Positions 1 through 9,069 of a DNA stretch of 64,000 nucleotides are shown one piece after another. Position 1 is the first letter of the stretch. The number at the start of each line of letters is the position of its first letter. Location: positions 1-64,000 of the forward strand of contig JAVZLS010000007.1 of NCBI GenBank assembly GCA_038883715.1, read 5' to 3'. The DNA is from Candidatus Bathyarchaeia archaeon (GTDB lineage: Archaea; Thermoproteota; Bathyarchaeia; Bathyarchaeales; Bathycorpusculaceae). The notes beneath the pieces are model-generated. The model searched no databases. It was not told the origin of the DNA and saw only the letters and a list, made by a program, of their open reading frames with translations. The position numbers and the translations under genes were made by a program.

Positions 1-37
1 AAATCCTCAGCATTTTTCTCCAAAATGCATCTCCAAA

Positions 38-379
38 CTATTTTTTAGCTTCGTACTTTGCTCTGTTTGCCATTAGCTCTTCTCTGCTACGTTGCACCAC
101 CTTGTTCTTCTTTATCAATTTGTGCAGATAGGACAATGATGGAAAACTTATCGCATGTTGTGGGCAAGTGTTTTGGCATGTTGTGCAGCCCACCATGCAG
201 TTCATTGGATTTGCAACAACAGCCACATTTTTCTCGTAGTCAAACTGGTAAACGTTTTTCCCGCAATTTAAGACGCATATACCGCATCCTATGCAAAGTT
301 CAGGATCCACGGTGGGATGCCAATTTATCTCCTCGCGTGGTATGCCACGCCAAGTCTGTTTGACAGCACCCTCTGACAC
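38..379 (-). CDS. 2x[4Fe-4S] ferredoxin-like protein
   Basis: CIGCGICVLNC and CMVGCTTCQNTCP motifs; probable GTG start at 379 overlaps the upstream stop. Confidence 0.85.
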   Translation of the reverse strand: MSEGAVKQTWRGIPREEINWHPTVDPELCIGCGICVLNCGKNVYQFDYEKNVAVVANPMNCMVGCTTCQNTCPQHAISFPSLSYLHKLIKKNKVVQRSREELMANRAKYEAKK

Positions 380-639
380 TATTGAACGCCTGCCTCTCTT
401 AATGCTTCTTTGAAGGTTTCCTCGCTTGGACAAACCCCTATTATGCGTATGTCCCTGTCGATGACTACGGCTGGACTTGCGTTTATGCCATACTCGCCCA
501 GTTTTGGATTCACTCCACGATAGATTTCAATCTCAATTTTGTTCTTGTACTCCTCTTTGATTTTCTCTACGAGTTTAAGGAGCAGTCTTCCGCCGGAGCA
601 TGGTGGTTCAGAAGTGAAAACTTCAACTTTTACTGGCAT
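379..639 (-). CDS. Small thioredoxin-fold protein (CSGG, single active-site Cys)
   Basis: Paralog of 643..915; YG..SPAVVI cis-Pro motif and GVCPS tail. Confidence 0.75.
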   Translation of the reverse strand: MPVKVEVFTSEPPCSGGRLLLKLVEKIKEEYKNKIEIEIYRGVNPKLGEYGINASPAVVIDRDIRIIGVCPSEETFKEALREAGVQ

Positions 640-642
640 GTT

Positions 643-915
643 CTATACCCCCATTTCTTTAAGCGCTGCTTCAATAGTTTGCATGCTTGGACAAACTCCC
701 ATAATCTTAATTTTTCCTTCGTTGAAAACTATGGCTGGCACCACTGTTAAGCCGTATTTGCCGAACTCTTCGCATGGTCCGATATGCTTTATAACTTCCA
801 CTCTGTCGCCATACTTCGCCTTAATCAAATCCGCATACTCCAGCAGTTTTAGGCAGCCCGCACATTGCGGTTCAGCCGTGAAAGTTTCAACCTTCACAAC
901 CATTTCGCGTTTCAC
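643..915 (-). CDS. Small thioredoxin-fold redox protein (CAGC)
   Basis: CxxC near the N-terminus; YGLTVVPAIV motif. Confidence 0.8.
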   Translation of the reverse strand: MKREMVVKVETFTAEPQCAGCLKLLEYADLIKAKYGDRVEVIKHIGPCEEFGKYGLTVVPAIVFNEGKIKIMGVCPSMQTIEAALKEMGV

Positions 916-921
916 CTTTCC

Positions 922-1245
922 CTAAACTATTTGCTCAACAACGTGCCTCACAAGTGCATCCACAAAACCTGCGTCAACAGCATCAATCACTCTGAAAACA
1001 GCCGAACTAGTCACCGAATAGAACCGCTTGTTTCCCTCTTTTCTGTCCTTTACAAGCCCGCACCGCTTTAGAATTGCCAAGTGCCTTGAAACCAGCGGCT
1101 GGGCTATTCCCACATAGGGAACGATTTCGCAGACGCATCGCTCGCCACCACGCAAGAACTCGAGAATCTTAAGCCTAACAGGGTCGGCAAGCGCGTTGAA
1201 GACTTTAGCCCTAAACTTGTCGAGGTTTTTCATTGTTGGATGCAC
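922..1245 (-). CDS. ArsR/SmtB family transcriptional regulator
   Basis: ALADPVRLKIL, CVCEI metal/arsenite box, SRHLAIL HTH. Confidence 0.9.
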   Translation of the reverse strand: MHPTMKNLDKFRAKVFNALADPVRLKILEFLRGGERCVCEIVPYVGIAQPLVSRHLAILKRCGLVKDRKEGNKRFYSVTSSAVFRVIDAVDAGFVDALVRHVVEQIV

Positions 1246-1317
1246 GTTTAAAGCAAACTCTATAGCAATATTTAAATATTGCTATATTCTCCCTCAATCT
1301 CCAAGGTGAAAAGGGGC

Positions 1318-1590
1318 ATGAAAGAAGTTAAAGTAGAAGTTATTGGGCCTGAGCCGCCTTGCATGCGGTGCCAAGCAGCGAAAAATGCTGTGGAAAAGGC
1401 GGCTGAAAAGCTTAGGCAGACTGGTGTTATGGTGCACGTTGAAAAAGCCAACATAATGTCAAAGGAAGTAGTTCAAAAATACGGTGTATTGGTTTCGCCA
1501 GCCATAGCCATAAACAACACAGTCAAAATCATGGGGCGGGTTCCAAGCCCAGAAGAAGTTGAAAAACTGATAACCGAAGCAGCCAAATAG
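1318..1590 (+). CDS. Small thioredoxin-fold protein (CMRC), MTH895-like
   Basis: PPCMRC, YGVLVSPAIAIN, GRVPS; ATG at 1318 follows an RBS-like aggtga. Confidence 0.8.
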   Translation: MKEVKVEVIGPEPPCMRCQAAKNAVEKAAEKLRQTGVMVHVEKANIMSKEVVQKYGVLVSPAIAINNTVKIMGRVPSPEEVEKLITEAAK

Positions 1591-1606
1591 AAGGCGAAAA
1601 AAGCCT

Positions 1607-2656
1607 ATGGAAGAAAAGACCAAAAGAGCCATCAGAGCTGGCGTAATCCTAGCCTTCATAGCCGTTGTAATAGGGCTTCTAATCTACAGCCGCATACAAG
1701 CATATTCGCTGGCACCCACCTCAACGCCAATCGAACTGCGCGGTTATCCCTTGTGGCAAATTCCATTTGTCTATCTATACGACTACTTCAGCCATGGAAC
1801 AATATGCCTACTTTTTGCCTTTACAACTGCAGGGTTAATATACGAGTTTGTACCAAAAGAGGCCATAACAAAATATATGGGAAGCAGCAAAGCCGTAGGC
1901 TATGGACTAGCCCTTGGAATGGCACCCTTTCTAACAGTTTGCTCATGCACCATGGTTCCGCTTTTCGGAGGAGTCCTATACGCCGGGGCTGGAATAGGCC
2001 CAGCCATAACCTTTCTGCTTATGGCACCGGCATCCAACATACTTGCAATCTTGCTGACAGGCGAACTCATCTCATGGGAGCTTGCAGGCGTAAGAATCAT
2101 AGCATCCATAACGGTGGCTCTCGTCGCTGGCATAGTAATATCCAAAACTCCTTGGGGAAAAGCCATTGAAAGGGAACATCAGGTAAACACTCCAGCCTCC
2201 GCATCAGCCAAAGTGGAAATTGTTAGACCACCATTAGATGAAAGACTTTGGGCGGCTTTAAAGTTTGGAGGATACTTAGCAAAGCAAATCCTACCCTTCT
2301 TCATTTTAGGCCTAATTATAGTTGGCTATTTGGAGGCATTTCTCCCAGAAGAGCTAATAAAGGAATACTTAACCGGGGTAAACGGTGTCCTCTTAGCCTC
2401 AGTTTTAGGCGGACCTCTCTACACACCAACACTGGTAGAAATAGTTCTCGGAAGAGGCATATGGGTCAAAGGAGGCATGATACTATCAAAAGGCGCGTTG
2501 CTCGCTTGGCTTATGGGTCAGCCCTACGACTTCGCCAACGCTCTAGCCGTCTCAAGAATAGCCAAATGGAAGATTGTAGCCATCTACATGCTTATAGCCT
2601 GGGCTGGAAGCGTAACCTTCGGACTATTATACGGCTTTTTAAGCGGGTCGCTATAA
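1607..2656 (+). CDS. ArsP/DUF318-family permease
   Basis: Multi-pass membrane protein with the TVCSCTMVP motif; in an ArsR/thioredoxin neighbourhood. Confidence 0.8.
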   Translation: MEEKTKRAIRAGVILAFIAVVIGLLIYSRIQAYSLAPTSTPIELRGYPLWQIPFVYLYDYFSHGTICLLFAFTTAGLIYEFVPKEAITKYMGSSKAVGYGLALGMAPFLTVCSCTMVPLFGGVLYAGAGIGPAITFLLMAPASNILAILLTGELISWELAGVRIIASITVALVAGIVISKTPWGKAIEREHQVNTPASASAKVEIVRPPLDERLWAALKFGGYLAKQILPFFILGLIIVGYLEAFLPEELIKEYLTGVNGVLLASVLGGPLYTPTLVEIVLGRGIWVKGGMILSKGALLAWLMGQPYDFANALAVSRIAKWKIVAIYMLIAWAGSVTFGLLYGFLSGSL

Positions 2657-2657
2657 C

Positions 2658-2852
2658 ATGACAAGCCAAGACGATTTCGGAGTAAAACGTCCCTGCCCAT
2701 GCGCCCAAGAAGCGGCAGAATCCCTAAAGGCTGTTCAGCCAATAAAAGAGGGCATGCTTAAAGAAGTGCGGTGCAAGGGCTGCGGCAAAACTTTCCTAAC
2801 AAACTTTGAAACGGAATACTGCTATGACTGCCGCAAGAAAATGAGGGGGTGA
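2658..2852 (+). CDS. Small Zn-ribbon protein
   Basis: CPC plus CKGC...CYDC; coupled within the operon. Confidence 0.6.
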   Translation: MTSQDDFGVKRPCPCAQEAAESLKAVQPIKEGMLKEVRCKGCGKTFLTNFETEYCYDCRKKMRG

Positions 2853-3208
2853 AATGCGTGGCTAGGGCTTGCACCCCATGGTATCCGACAGTCTTCCCAG
2901 AAAAGTGTGATGGCTGTGCGCCTTTTGGCAAGCCCCGCTGTGTGGAATACTGCCCAAACGGCGTATTCGCCTTCATAGACGGTAAGGCAGTCGTAGCCAA
3001 CCCTCACAAATGTGTTAACGGCTGCACGGCATGCGAACCCCTATGCCACAAAAAAGCTATAACCTTCCCAAAGCCACAATTCGCCTTTACACCAACAAAA
3101 ACAGAGGAAAAAGGCTTACTGCGGAAAACAACATGCAAGCGATGCGGCAAAGTCTTCTGGACAAACCGTGAAAACGACTTATGCTTCGAATGTGAAAGCA
3201 AACTTTAA
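2849..3208 (+). CDS. Ferredoxin-like protein with C-terminal Zn ribbon
   Basis: CDGC..CVEYCP and CVNGCTACEPLC, then CKRC...CFEC. Confidence 0.75.
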   Translation: MKCVARACTPWYPTVFPEKCDGCAPFGKPRCVEYCPNGVFAFIDGKAVVANPHKCVNGCTACEPLCHKKAITFPKPQFAFTPTKTEEKGLLRKTTCKRCGKVFWTNRENDLCFECESKL

Positions 3209-3218
3209 TGTGAAAAGC

Positions 3219-3641
3219 CTACATTTCTGGCAGTTTTGTTATGTCCCCTAATTTTTTAAAGTGTTTGTCGAAGGTGTAAATTTCGCTTATCCCATGAGCC
3301 TTCATGAATAAATAAGCCAAAGCATCATTGGCACCTATCTCTTTTTCTTTCGCCAATAGTAACGCTGCCTCATAGTCTTTTGCGCCAACCGAGTACACCT
3401 TCACATTCTCGCTTGTCACAACCCACGCCAAAAAGCCCAAAGATTCCTTAATGCCAAGTCCCGCCTCCACTACATTTACAACTTCTGAAAGGTGAACAAC
3501 TGTGATGGCGACCTCTTCACCCTCTTCTATCCTCTTCACAATGGCTTTGGCTTCGTCCTTAACTCTATGCTCATCTTTTGTTAGAGGTCTACGGGGGACC
3601 AAGTAAGCGTGAAGAAAAATGTTTGAATCTACAAACTTCAA
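3219..3641 (-). CDS. vapC: VapC PIN-domain toxin
   Basis: FVDSNIF, SEVV, NDAL and TFDKHF PIN motifs. Confidence 0.9.
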   Translation of the reverse strand: MKFVDSNIFLHAYLVPRRPLTKDEHRVKDEAKAIVKRIEEGEEVAITVVHLSEVVNVVEAGLGIKESLGFLAWVVTSENVKVYSVGAKDYEAALLLAKEKEIGANDALAYLFMKAHGISEIYTFDKHFKKLGDITKLPEM

Positions 3642-3880
3642 CGTTCCTTAAGCTCCGACAAAGCCTTCTTAAGAGCATGAGAATCAGTAAAATCCACATT
3701 TTCAGAAACTCTTATTGAGTCGAACAATGCGGAAGGTGGAAGTGCTTCCACAGAAACTATTTCTATCCTATTTCCCCGTTTTATCAGCGCCAGTTTACGA
3801 GATTTAAAATTCTTCCGCCAGCGTGCTGGAATCGACACTCTCCCTTGAGAGTCGATTTCTTTGACCACAATTTCTGCCAT
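3638..3880 (-). CDS. vapB: AbrB/MazE-type antitoxin
   Basis: IDSQGRVSIPARWR AbrB motif; overlaps the vapC start. Confidence 0.85.
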   Translation of the reverse strand: MAEIVVKEIDSQGRVSIPARWRKNFKSRKLALIKRGNRIEIVSVEALPPSALFDSIRVSENVDFTDSHALKKALSELKER

Positions 3881-3949
3881 TTATATCATCTTCACCAAAA
3901 ATATGAATATGGTGAAATATAAATATTCCCCAAAGAATTTATCATGCTG

Positions 3950-4603
3950 CTACCTTAGCTTGTAGCCCCACTTTTTATTTATTGCCTCAAGCTTTTCTGA
4001 AAGCCTCTTCGCCCTGTCTTCGGCTTCTTCGAAAAGGACAGCCCACTCCCGCCTCTTCACAAGGTTTGTCAGCTTCTCAATGTTTGATGGAATCTTTTCC
4101 ATGGCAGTCAGCCACTTCTTAGTTACAACATCGTCTCCGCTAACAAGTTCCAGGGCTTCTTCTGGACAAAACTCCACACATTGAGGTCCCTCTGGCTTAT
4201 CCTTGCATAGGTCACAGACCAAAACAGACGTCTTATCCGGGTGAAGAGAAATCCCACCATACGGGCAAGCCTGAATACACCAGCCGCATCGGTCACATTT
4301 AGCCTCATCAACAAGGATGAAGCCCTCCTCAGACTGGGTTAAGGCTTTCCTCGGACAAGCCCTAACACATGGGGCGTTCTCACAGAAGCGGCATGTCAAA
4401 GCCAGGTTAAAGGCTGGTGTTAGGCGTACAACCCTGATCCTAGACCTTAAAGGATTCCATAAAGGCTCATTCTTCTCCAAAACACAAACGTATTCGCATA
4501 GGCTGCAGCCCGTGCACTTGGCAGGGTCAACAGCCACAAACTTCCTCTGCACAGCCTTGGCCATCAACGCCATCTCCATCAATTTTGGGTTAAATTTTCT
4601 CAT
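3950..4603 (-). CDS. 4Fe-4S dicluster electron-transfer protein (HydN/CooF-like)
   Basis: Four Cys clusters including CRFCENAPCVRACP. Confidence 0.85.
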   Translation of the reverse strand: MRKFNPKLMEMALMAKAVQRKFVAVDPAKCTGCSLCEYVCVLEKNEPLWNPLRSRIRVVRLTPAFNLALTCRFCENAPCVRACPRKALTQSEEGFILVDEAKCDRCGWCIQACPYGGISLHPDKTSVLVCDLCKDKPEGPQCVEFCPEEALELVSGDDVVTKKWLTAMEKIPSNIEKLTNLVKRREWAVLFEEAEDRAKRLSEKLEAINKKWGYKLR

Positions 4604-4653
4604 GCAAAACCTATTTTTATAATTTCCCTTTTTAGCGGCTCAAATCAACATGG

Positions 4654-5361
4654 CTAAAGCAAAACCCTAACCCTTCCGTTAAGCCAAACCCTATTTTTGG
4701 CAAAACTCGCCGAGTAAGCATAAACCTCCACCCCCTGCCTATAGGCTTCCCGAAGAGCCCTGCCAAATTTTGGATCCGTCTCATCATTCGCTGTAAACCG
4801 GTAGGCATCGTCTCTTTGAATAACAAAAAGCACAGCAGCTCTATAACCATCCTTTAAGGCTTTAACAAGCTCAAAAAGTTGTCGCGTACCTCTCTCGGTT
4901 GGGGCGTCTGGAAACATTGCAATCCCGTAACGGACAAGAGTGCAAGACTTAACCTCTAAAAGGCATGATTTAAGCCCTAAACCTTCAAGGAGAAAGTCGA
5001 ACTTTGCACGCCCATAAGAGTGTTCAGGCTTAATGGCAGTATAACCGGAAAACTCCGGCAATTCCCCATTCCTTAAGGCTTTAAAAACAAGCTTGTTAGG
5101 TATGCGGGCATCAACAGAAACAACTCTGCCGCCATAATAAACGCCTACAAGGTCGTAAGCAGTTTTCCTATAACCGGTAATTCTCGCTTCCTTCAAAACA
5201 ACCTTAACGCCAGAAAACAGTAGCTCACCAAGCCTTCCTGGATTAGGCAAAAAGCACTCTACAATTTTCCCGTCAACCTCGACCTGTGCCGAGAAACGGG
5301 TCAGCCGTTTCCTAAAAACGCCTTCCACAATGTTTCCTTCAATTTCCAAGAAGGTGGGCAA
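4654..5361 (-). CDS. sfsA: SfsA sugar fermentation stimulation / PD-(D/E)xK nuclease-fold protein
   Basis: LPNPGRL, LEVKSCTL, FPDAPTERG motifs. Confidence 0.9.
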   Translation of the reverse strand: MPTFLEIEGNIVEGVFRKRLTRFSAQVEVDGKIVECFLPNPGRLGELLFSGVKVVLKEARITGYRKTAYDLVGVYYGGRVVSVDARIPNKLVFKALRNGELPEFSGYTAIKPEHSYGRAKFDFLLEGLGLKSCLLEVKSCTLVRYGIAMFPDAPTERGTRQLFELVKALKDGYRAAVLFVIQRDDAYRFTANDETDPKFGRALREAYRQGVEVYAYSASFAKNRVWLNGRVRVLL

Positions 5362-5417
5362 TCTTAACTCACAATTGGAATAGGCGCATTTTCGTGTTTA
5401 AATCTTATACTCAAAGT

Positions 5418-5490
5418 CTAGAGGGGGTAGCGAAAATAAAATTGTGAAGCTAGCGTATTTGTTAAATCCCAGCAGCCACAAATATGACCC
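5418..5490. repeat. Dispersed modular palindromic repeat, copy 1
   Basis: ctagagggggtagcgaaaataaa followed by gtatttgt-N15-acaaatat; modules shared with 16501-16620 and 52035-52196. Confidence 0.65.
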
Positions 5491-5497
5491 TACACTA

Positions 5498-6619
5498 CTA
5501 CGGAATTATCTCGCAACCAACATACTTTAAGAAGTTGAAATCCTCAACCCTTATCCTGCCAACTCTAATAAGCTCCCTAATTCTTGGCAGCTCAACCACT
5601 ATTGCGTCAATCATGTTCTCAACAGTCTTGCAAACAAGCCTATAGGCTTCGGGGCTCCAGCGTCTCGTGACATTTGCGTATAGGCATCTGCCGCCACAAA
5701 TGCCGAAAATTCCACAGCTTGTGCAAGGCTCGCCCACAAAAATCTTCCTAAGCCTCAATGGATGCGCAGTGCTAATATGCCCAACATAAAAGTCCCGCAT
5801 GCCCCACATGCTTGGACAAGGCACAATATGCCCATCCGTCTGAATAGCATAATTAATCCAACCAGCACCACAACGCAAAAGCGACTTTTCCTCACCAAGC
5901 AAAAGAGACTGCGCCACGTCCAAAAACGGGTAAAGCCTCAAAACAACGCCATGCTTCTCCATCTGGTCAACCCAAAACCTCACAAGGCGGCGAATTCCAG
6001 GATTATAACTTCTCTCAACCCATTCTTTGAAATTCCGCCTCTCAAAATCGTTCCAAAAGCCAGAGTTAAGCTGCCAATGAACAGAAGAAAAGGCAAAATC
6101 ACCATTGCCTAGAAGCCACAAAACCTGCCTATAAATGTCAGTTTCCTCCATAACAGTCATCCGAGCAATAACCTCACCATTAAAGCCATTACGCTTAATC
6201 TGCCTCAAATTCTCCACAACCCGACGGTAAACGCCCCTACCACGATAATAATCGGTTAGGGCCTCATCCCCATCAACAGACACCAGAATAACACTAAAAC
6301 GGTTGACATAGGCTGGTTCTAAACGGTTCAAATGCAAACCATTCGTCTGAACAGCAAAACCCCTAACTCCAACAAAATCCATAATCCGTCTAACATCATC
6401 CAAGCATAAAAGGGGCTCACCACCATAAAAAATCAAAAAACAATCAGAATCCAAACCACAAAAACGCCACAACGAGTCAACATCATAACTTAGACGCCTA
6501 GGCAGAGAATAATCAACATCAAAACCGCCAAAATTGTCAGCAAAATCTTCTAAGGCTTCACCAAAACAGTATCGGCAACGAAGATCACACTCAGTCGTCA
6601 ACATAACATGAAAGAACAT
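5498..6619 (-). CDS. Radical SAM/SPASM protein (resembles the AF0577/TIGR04084 putative peptide-modifying family)
   Basis: CDLRCRYC, YGGEPLL, RCGAG, CTSCGIFGICGGRC SPASM motif, GCEIIP C-terminus. Confidence 0.8.
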   Translation of the reverse strand: MFFHVMLTTECDLRCRYCFGEALEDFADNFGGFDVDYSLPRRLSYDVDSLWRFCGLDSDCFLIFYGGEPLLCLDDVRRIMDFVGVRGFAVQTNGLHLNRLEPAYVNRFSVILVSVDGDEALTDYYRGRGVYRRVVENLRQIKRNGFNGEVIARMTVMEETDIYRQVLWLLGNGDFAFSSVHWQLNSGFWNDFERRNFKEWVERSYNPGIRRLVRFWVDQMEKHGVVLRLYPFLDVAQSLLLGEEKSLLRCGAGWINYAIQTDGHIVPCPSMWGMRDFYVGHISTAHPLRLRKIFVGEPCTSCGIFGICGGRCLYANVTRRWSPEAYRLVCKTVENMIDAIVVELPRIRELIRVGRIRVEDFNFLKYVGCEIIP

Positions 6620-6646
6620 TCCAGCTCACCATCAAAGCAAAATCAA

Positions 6647-7870
6647 TTAGCCTTTGGTAAACTTTTCCTTAACCCGCTTAGCCTTCTCGATATAACTCCT
6701 AAGTTCACGCTCTTTAAGCGTTTTTTCAGGCAAAGTTTCAGGAGCAAACATTAAGGGAACAACGGCTAAAAATAGAAAGAGGGCGGCAAAGGAGAAAATG
6801 GCGTATTCGGGAATTATATCGGTTATAATTTGGCCAAGGGTCTCTCGGAGAAAATTTGAAACGAGGTACGGAATAATACCAATAGCATAGAACTTTTCAC
6901 TTGGCTTATCATGGGCGAGGTCTCCCCATATCGTAACTAAAAAAATCACGTAAAATATCCCCCAAGCAATCCCATCAACGATTGTATAAAATTGCCAAGC
7001 ATACACATTATAGGGATTAATCCCAAGTAGAGCATATCCAAGTCCAAAAATTATGAATCCAAAAATCAACGTTCGCTTACGCCCAACCTTATCTGCGGCG
7101 AAACCTGCCAACAAAGCAGAAATCCCTGCTATGACGTTCCCCGTAACTGTCAGAAAATTAACAAAATCCATGCTGTAAATTTTAGCGCTTATGGGCCAAC
7201 TTAAATAGTTGATTAAAGAAAACATTGCCCATGGAAAAAGGTAGAGAAACACTGAGCGACTTCGCAGAACAAGGATGAAGGATGGGCTTACTCCACGTTT
7301 CTCTTCCAAAAATCTCTTCAAGAGTATAAGACCAAAAATCTCGAGGGATCTCCAAAAAGCCAATACCACCGAATTTAAAAGCATATCTTCAGACATTAGA
7401 AATTTTAAGCTAAAAATCCCAAAAATTACCGAGAGCATAATGACTGAGCCCATCTTAGCACGGTTTTCCTCATTTGTTATGTCTTTAAAGCAAGAAATTA
7501 CTGTCGGTAAACTTATCCCAAAGGACATGCTAAACAAAATTGCAAGGATTACTATGCAATAAACTGGTAACGGCACCGCAAGCGTGAAGGAGGCAATCAC
7601 TCCAATTAAGACTGAAATTGACAGAAGACTTTTCAGTTTAGCAACTCTGCCAACAATAAAAGGTCCAAAAAGAATAGCCACAACAGTTTCAAAAAGCATT
7701 ATGCTGTAAATGGTTAATTTCACAGAATAGGCTAGATTAGCGATATCAACGGCGTTTTTAAGAATGGCGTACGCATATGTGTACCATGCTATTACACTAA
7801 CAGCTGCGATAATATTTCCTAAAAAAATCTTCAGCGAAATCCCTACCCTTGAAAAATGTATAGTAGTCAT
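6647..7870 (-). CDS. MFS transporter
   Basis: About 12 hydrophobic segments; GFAADKVGRKRT MFS motif A. Confidence 0.85.
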   Translation of the reverse strand: MTTIHFSRVGISLKIFLGNIIAAVSVIAWYTYAYAILKNAVDIANLAYSVKLTIYSIMLFETVVAILFGPFIVGRVAKLKSLLSISVLIGVIASFTLAVPLPVYCIVILAILFSMSFGISLPTVISCFKDITNEENRAKMGSVIMLSVIFGIFSLKFLMSEDMLLNSVVLAFWRSLEIFGLILLKRFLEEKRGVSPSFILVLRSRSVFLYLFPWAMFSLINYLSWPISAKIYSMDFVNFLTVTGNVIAGISALLAGFAADKVGRKRTLIFGFIIFGLGYALLGINPYNVYAWQFYTIVDGIAWGIFYVIFLVTIWGDLAHDKPSEKFYAIGIIPYLVSNFLRETLGQIITDIIPEYAIFSFAALFLFLAVVPLMFAPETLPEKTLKERELRSYIEKAKRVKEKFTKG

Positions 7871-7949
7871 TTTGTATCGTCATCTATTAATGCACTGCAA
7901 ACTGACCTAAAATAAGCTGTCGGATAAAAGGGTTTAGGATTTCAAAACT

Positions 7950-8020
7950 TGAGTTTTAATATATAATATAAAGCACAAAGCTTTTAAGTCGTAGTGTTGA
8001 ACAATAATACAGGAGAGGAG
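7950..8020 (+). promoter_or_regulatory. TATA-like region and strong RBS for the 18-aa ORF; divergent from the MFS gene
   Basis: ttttaatatataatata and cttttaagt boxes; aggagaggag at 8011-8020, 2 nt before the ATG. Confidence 0.55.
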
Positions 8021-8022
8021 AA

Positions 8023-8079
8023 ATGAAGACTCGTAAACGGAGGATACCAGCTAGGTATACTAACCTTGGCTGGTGGTAA
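8023..8079 (+). CDS. Putative precursor peptide MKTRKRRIPARYTNLGWW (18 aa)
   Basis: ATG 8023 to TAA 8079, strong RBS, C-terminal Trp-Trp; ends 3 bp from the prenyltransferase stop; too short for the ORF track. Confidence 0.65.
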   Translation: MKTRKRRIPARYTNLGWW

Positions 8080-8082
8080 AAG

Positions 8083-9069
8083 TTACAGATCTTCTAAAAC
8101 TGAACTTGCCATTTTTATAAGGGTATTTATGTTATTAGAATTATATTTCTTTAATTTTTGGCAAGTTTTATTTGCCAAATTCTGAATTTCGATTTCAAAT
8201 TCTTTGACAGTTTTCGTTTTTGAGACAATTTCAGCAACTTTAAAGGCGTCGTCCTCGCTTAATGTTTCCTTTTTAAGTATATCCAAAATTTTTACTCTCG
8301 AATCTTGGTCGCAAAGAGCATATAATATTGGCAAAGGTAGACATTCGTTGTCTCTTCTATTTTTTAGCTCTTCAACCTCAAAAATGTCAATGAATTCGTC
8401 TCTAAAACTCATTAACATACCCAATGATCTGCCAATTTTTCTCCAGTCTTTAATTTTTGGTTGTGTGGCATTCCCTATTATTGCGCCTGTCCATGCTGTA
8501 GCTTCAGAAACAGCCGCCTTTCTCCTGAGAACTTCCAAATATTTTTCTGGAGCGGTATTCCAATCACGTTTGAAGCTTGCCTCCATCGCTTCGGCCACTC
8601 CAAGTTCGGTGAACCCGTTCTCTATAATTTCCTTTATAGTCTCACCCTTTCTCTTCGGAAAATCTCTGCAAGCTACATCCAAAAGTCTAACACCCTCAAA
8701 TAATAATGCATCCCCTGTAAGAAGCGCGATGTCTACGCCGAATTTTCCGAAAATTGTGGCTTTTGAACCTTTATATCTTGATCCATCTATGATGTCGTCA
8801 TGAAGGTCAGCAGCACCTGTTAAGAGCACAAGTGCGGCGCCCACTATTGTTGTCTTTTCAGGTTTACCGCCTACAGCTTCACATGCTATAGCAAGAAGGG
8901 CTGGGTGATGAAAGTTGTGCCATGATTCTATGAAATATTTTATTGCTTCATTTATTTGGTTGCACTCTAAGTCTTTCTTCAGAATTGTTTCCTTCGCAAT
9001 TTCATAGGCTCTTCTTCCAAGCCGTTCACACTCTTCTATAATTTCTTCCGCAATTTTCCTGCTGTTCAT
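8083..9069 (-). CDS. Divergent polyprenyl-synthase-fold prenyltransferase (ComQ-like candidate)
   Basis: First DDIID motif intact; GKRxRP, RRG, GQ and KT motifs absent; second Asp motif degenerate (RDEFID); ATG at 9069 overlaps the upstream TGA. Confidence 0.8.
   Translation of the reverse strand: MNSRKIAEEIIEECERLGRRAYEIAKETILKKDLECNQINEAIKYFIESWHNFHHPALLAIACEAVGGKPEKTTIVGAALVLLTGAADLHDDIIDGSRYKGSKATIFGKFGVDIALLTGDALLFEGVRLLDVACRDFPKRKGETIKEIIENGFTELGVAEAMEASFKRDWNTAPEKYLEVLRRKAAVSEATAWTGAIIGNATQPKIKDWRKIGRSLGMLMSFRDEFIDIFEVEELKNRRDNECLPLPILYALCDQDSRVKILDILKKETLSEDDAFKVAEIVSKTKTVKEFEIEIQNLANKTCQKLKKYNSNNINTLIKMASSVLEDL

Noticed and set aside
379-1590. Selenocysteine recoding in the thioredoxin-like genes
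   Set aside because: No in-frame TGA at the redox motifs
8023-8079. TrpL-like attenuator leader (tandem Trp codons)
   Set aside because: No same-strand gene downstream (the next gene is convergent), no trp genes nearby and no evident terminator/antiterminator
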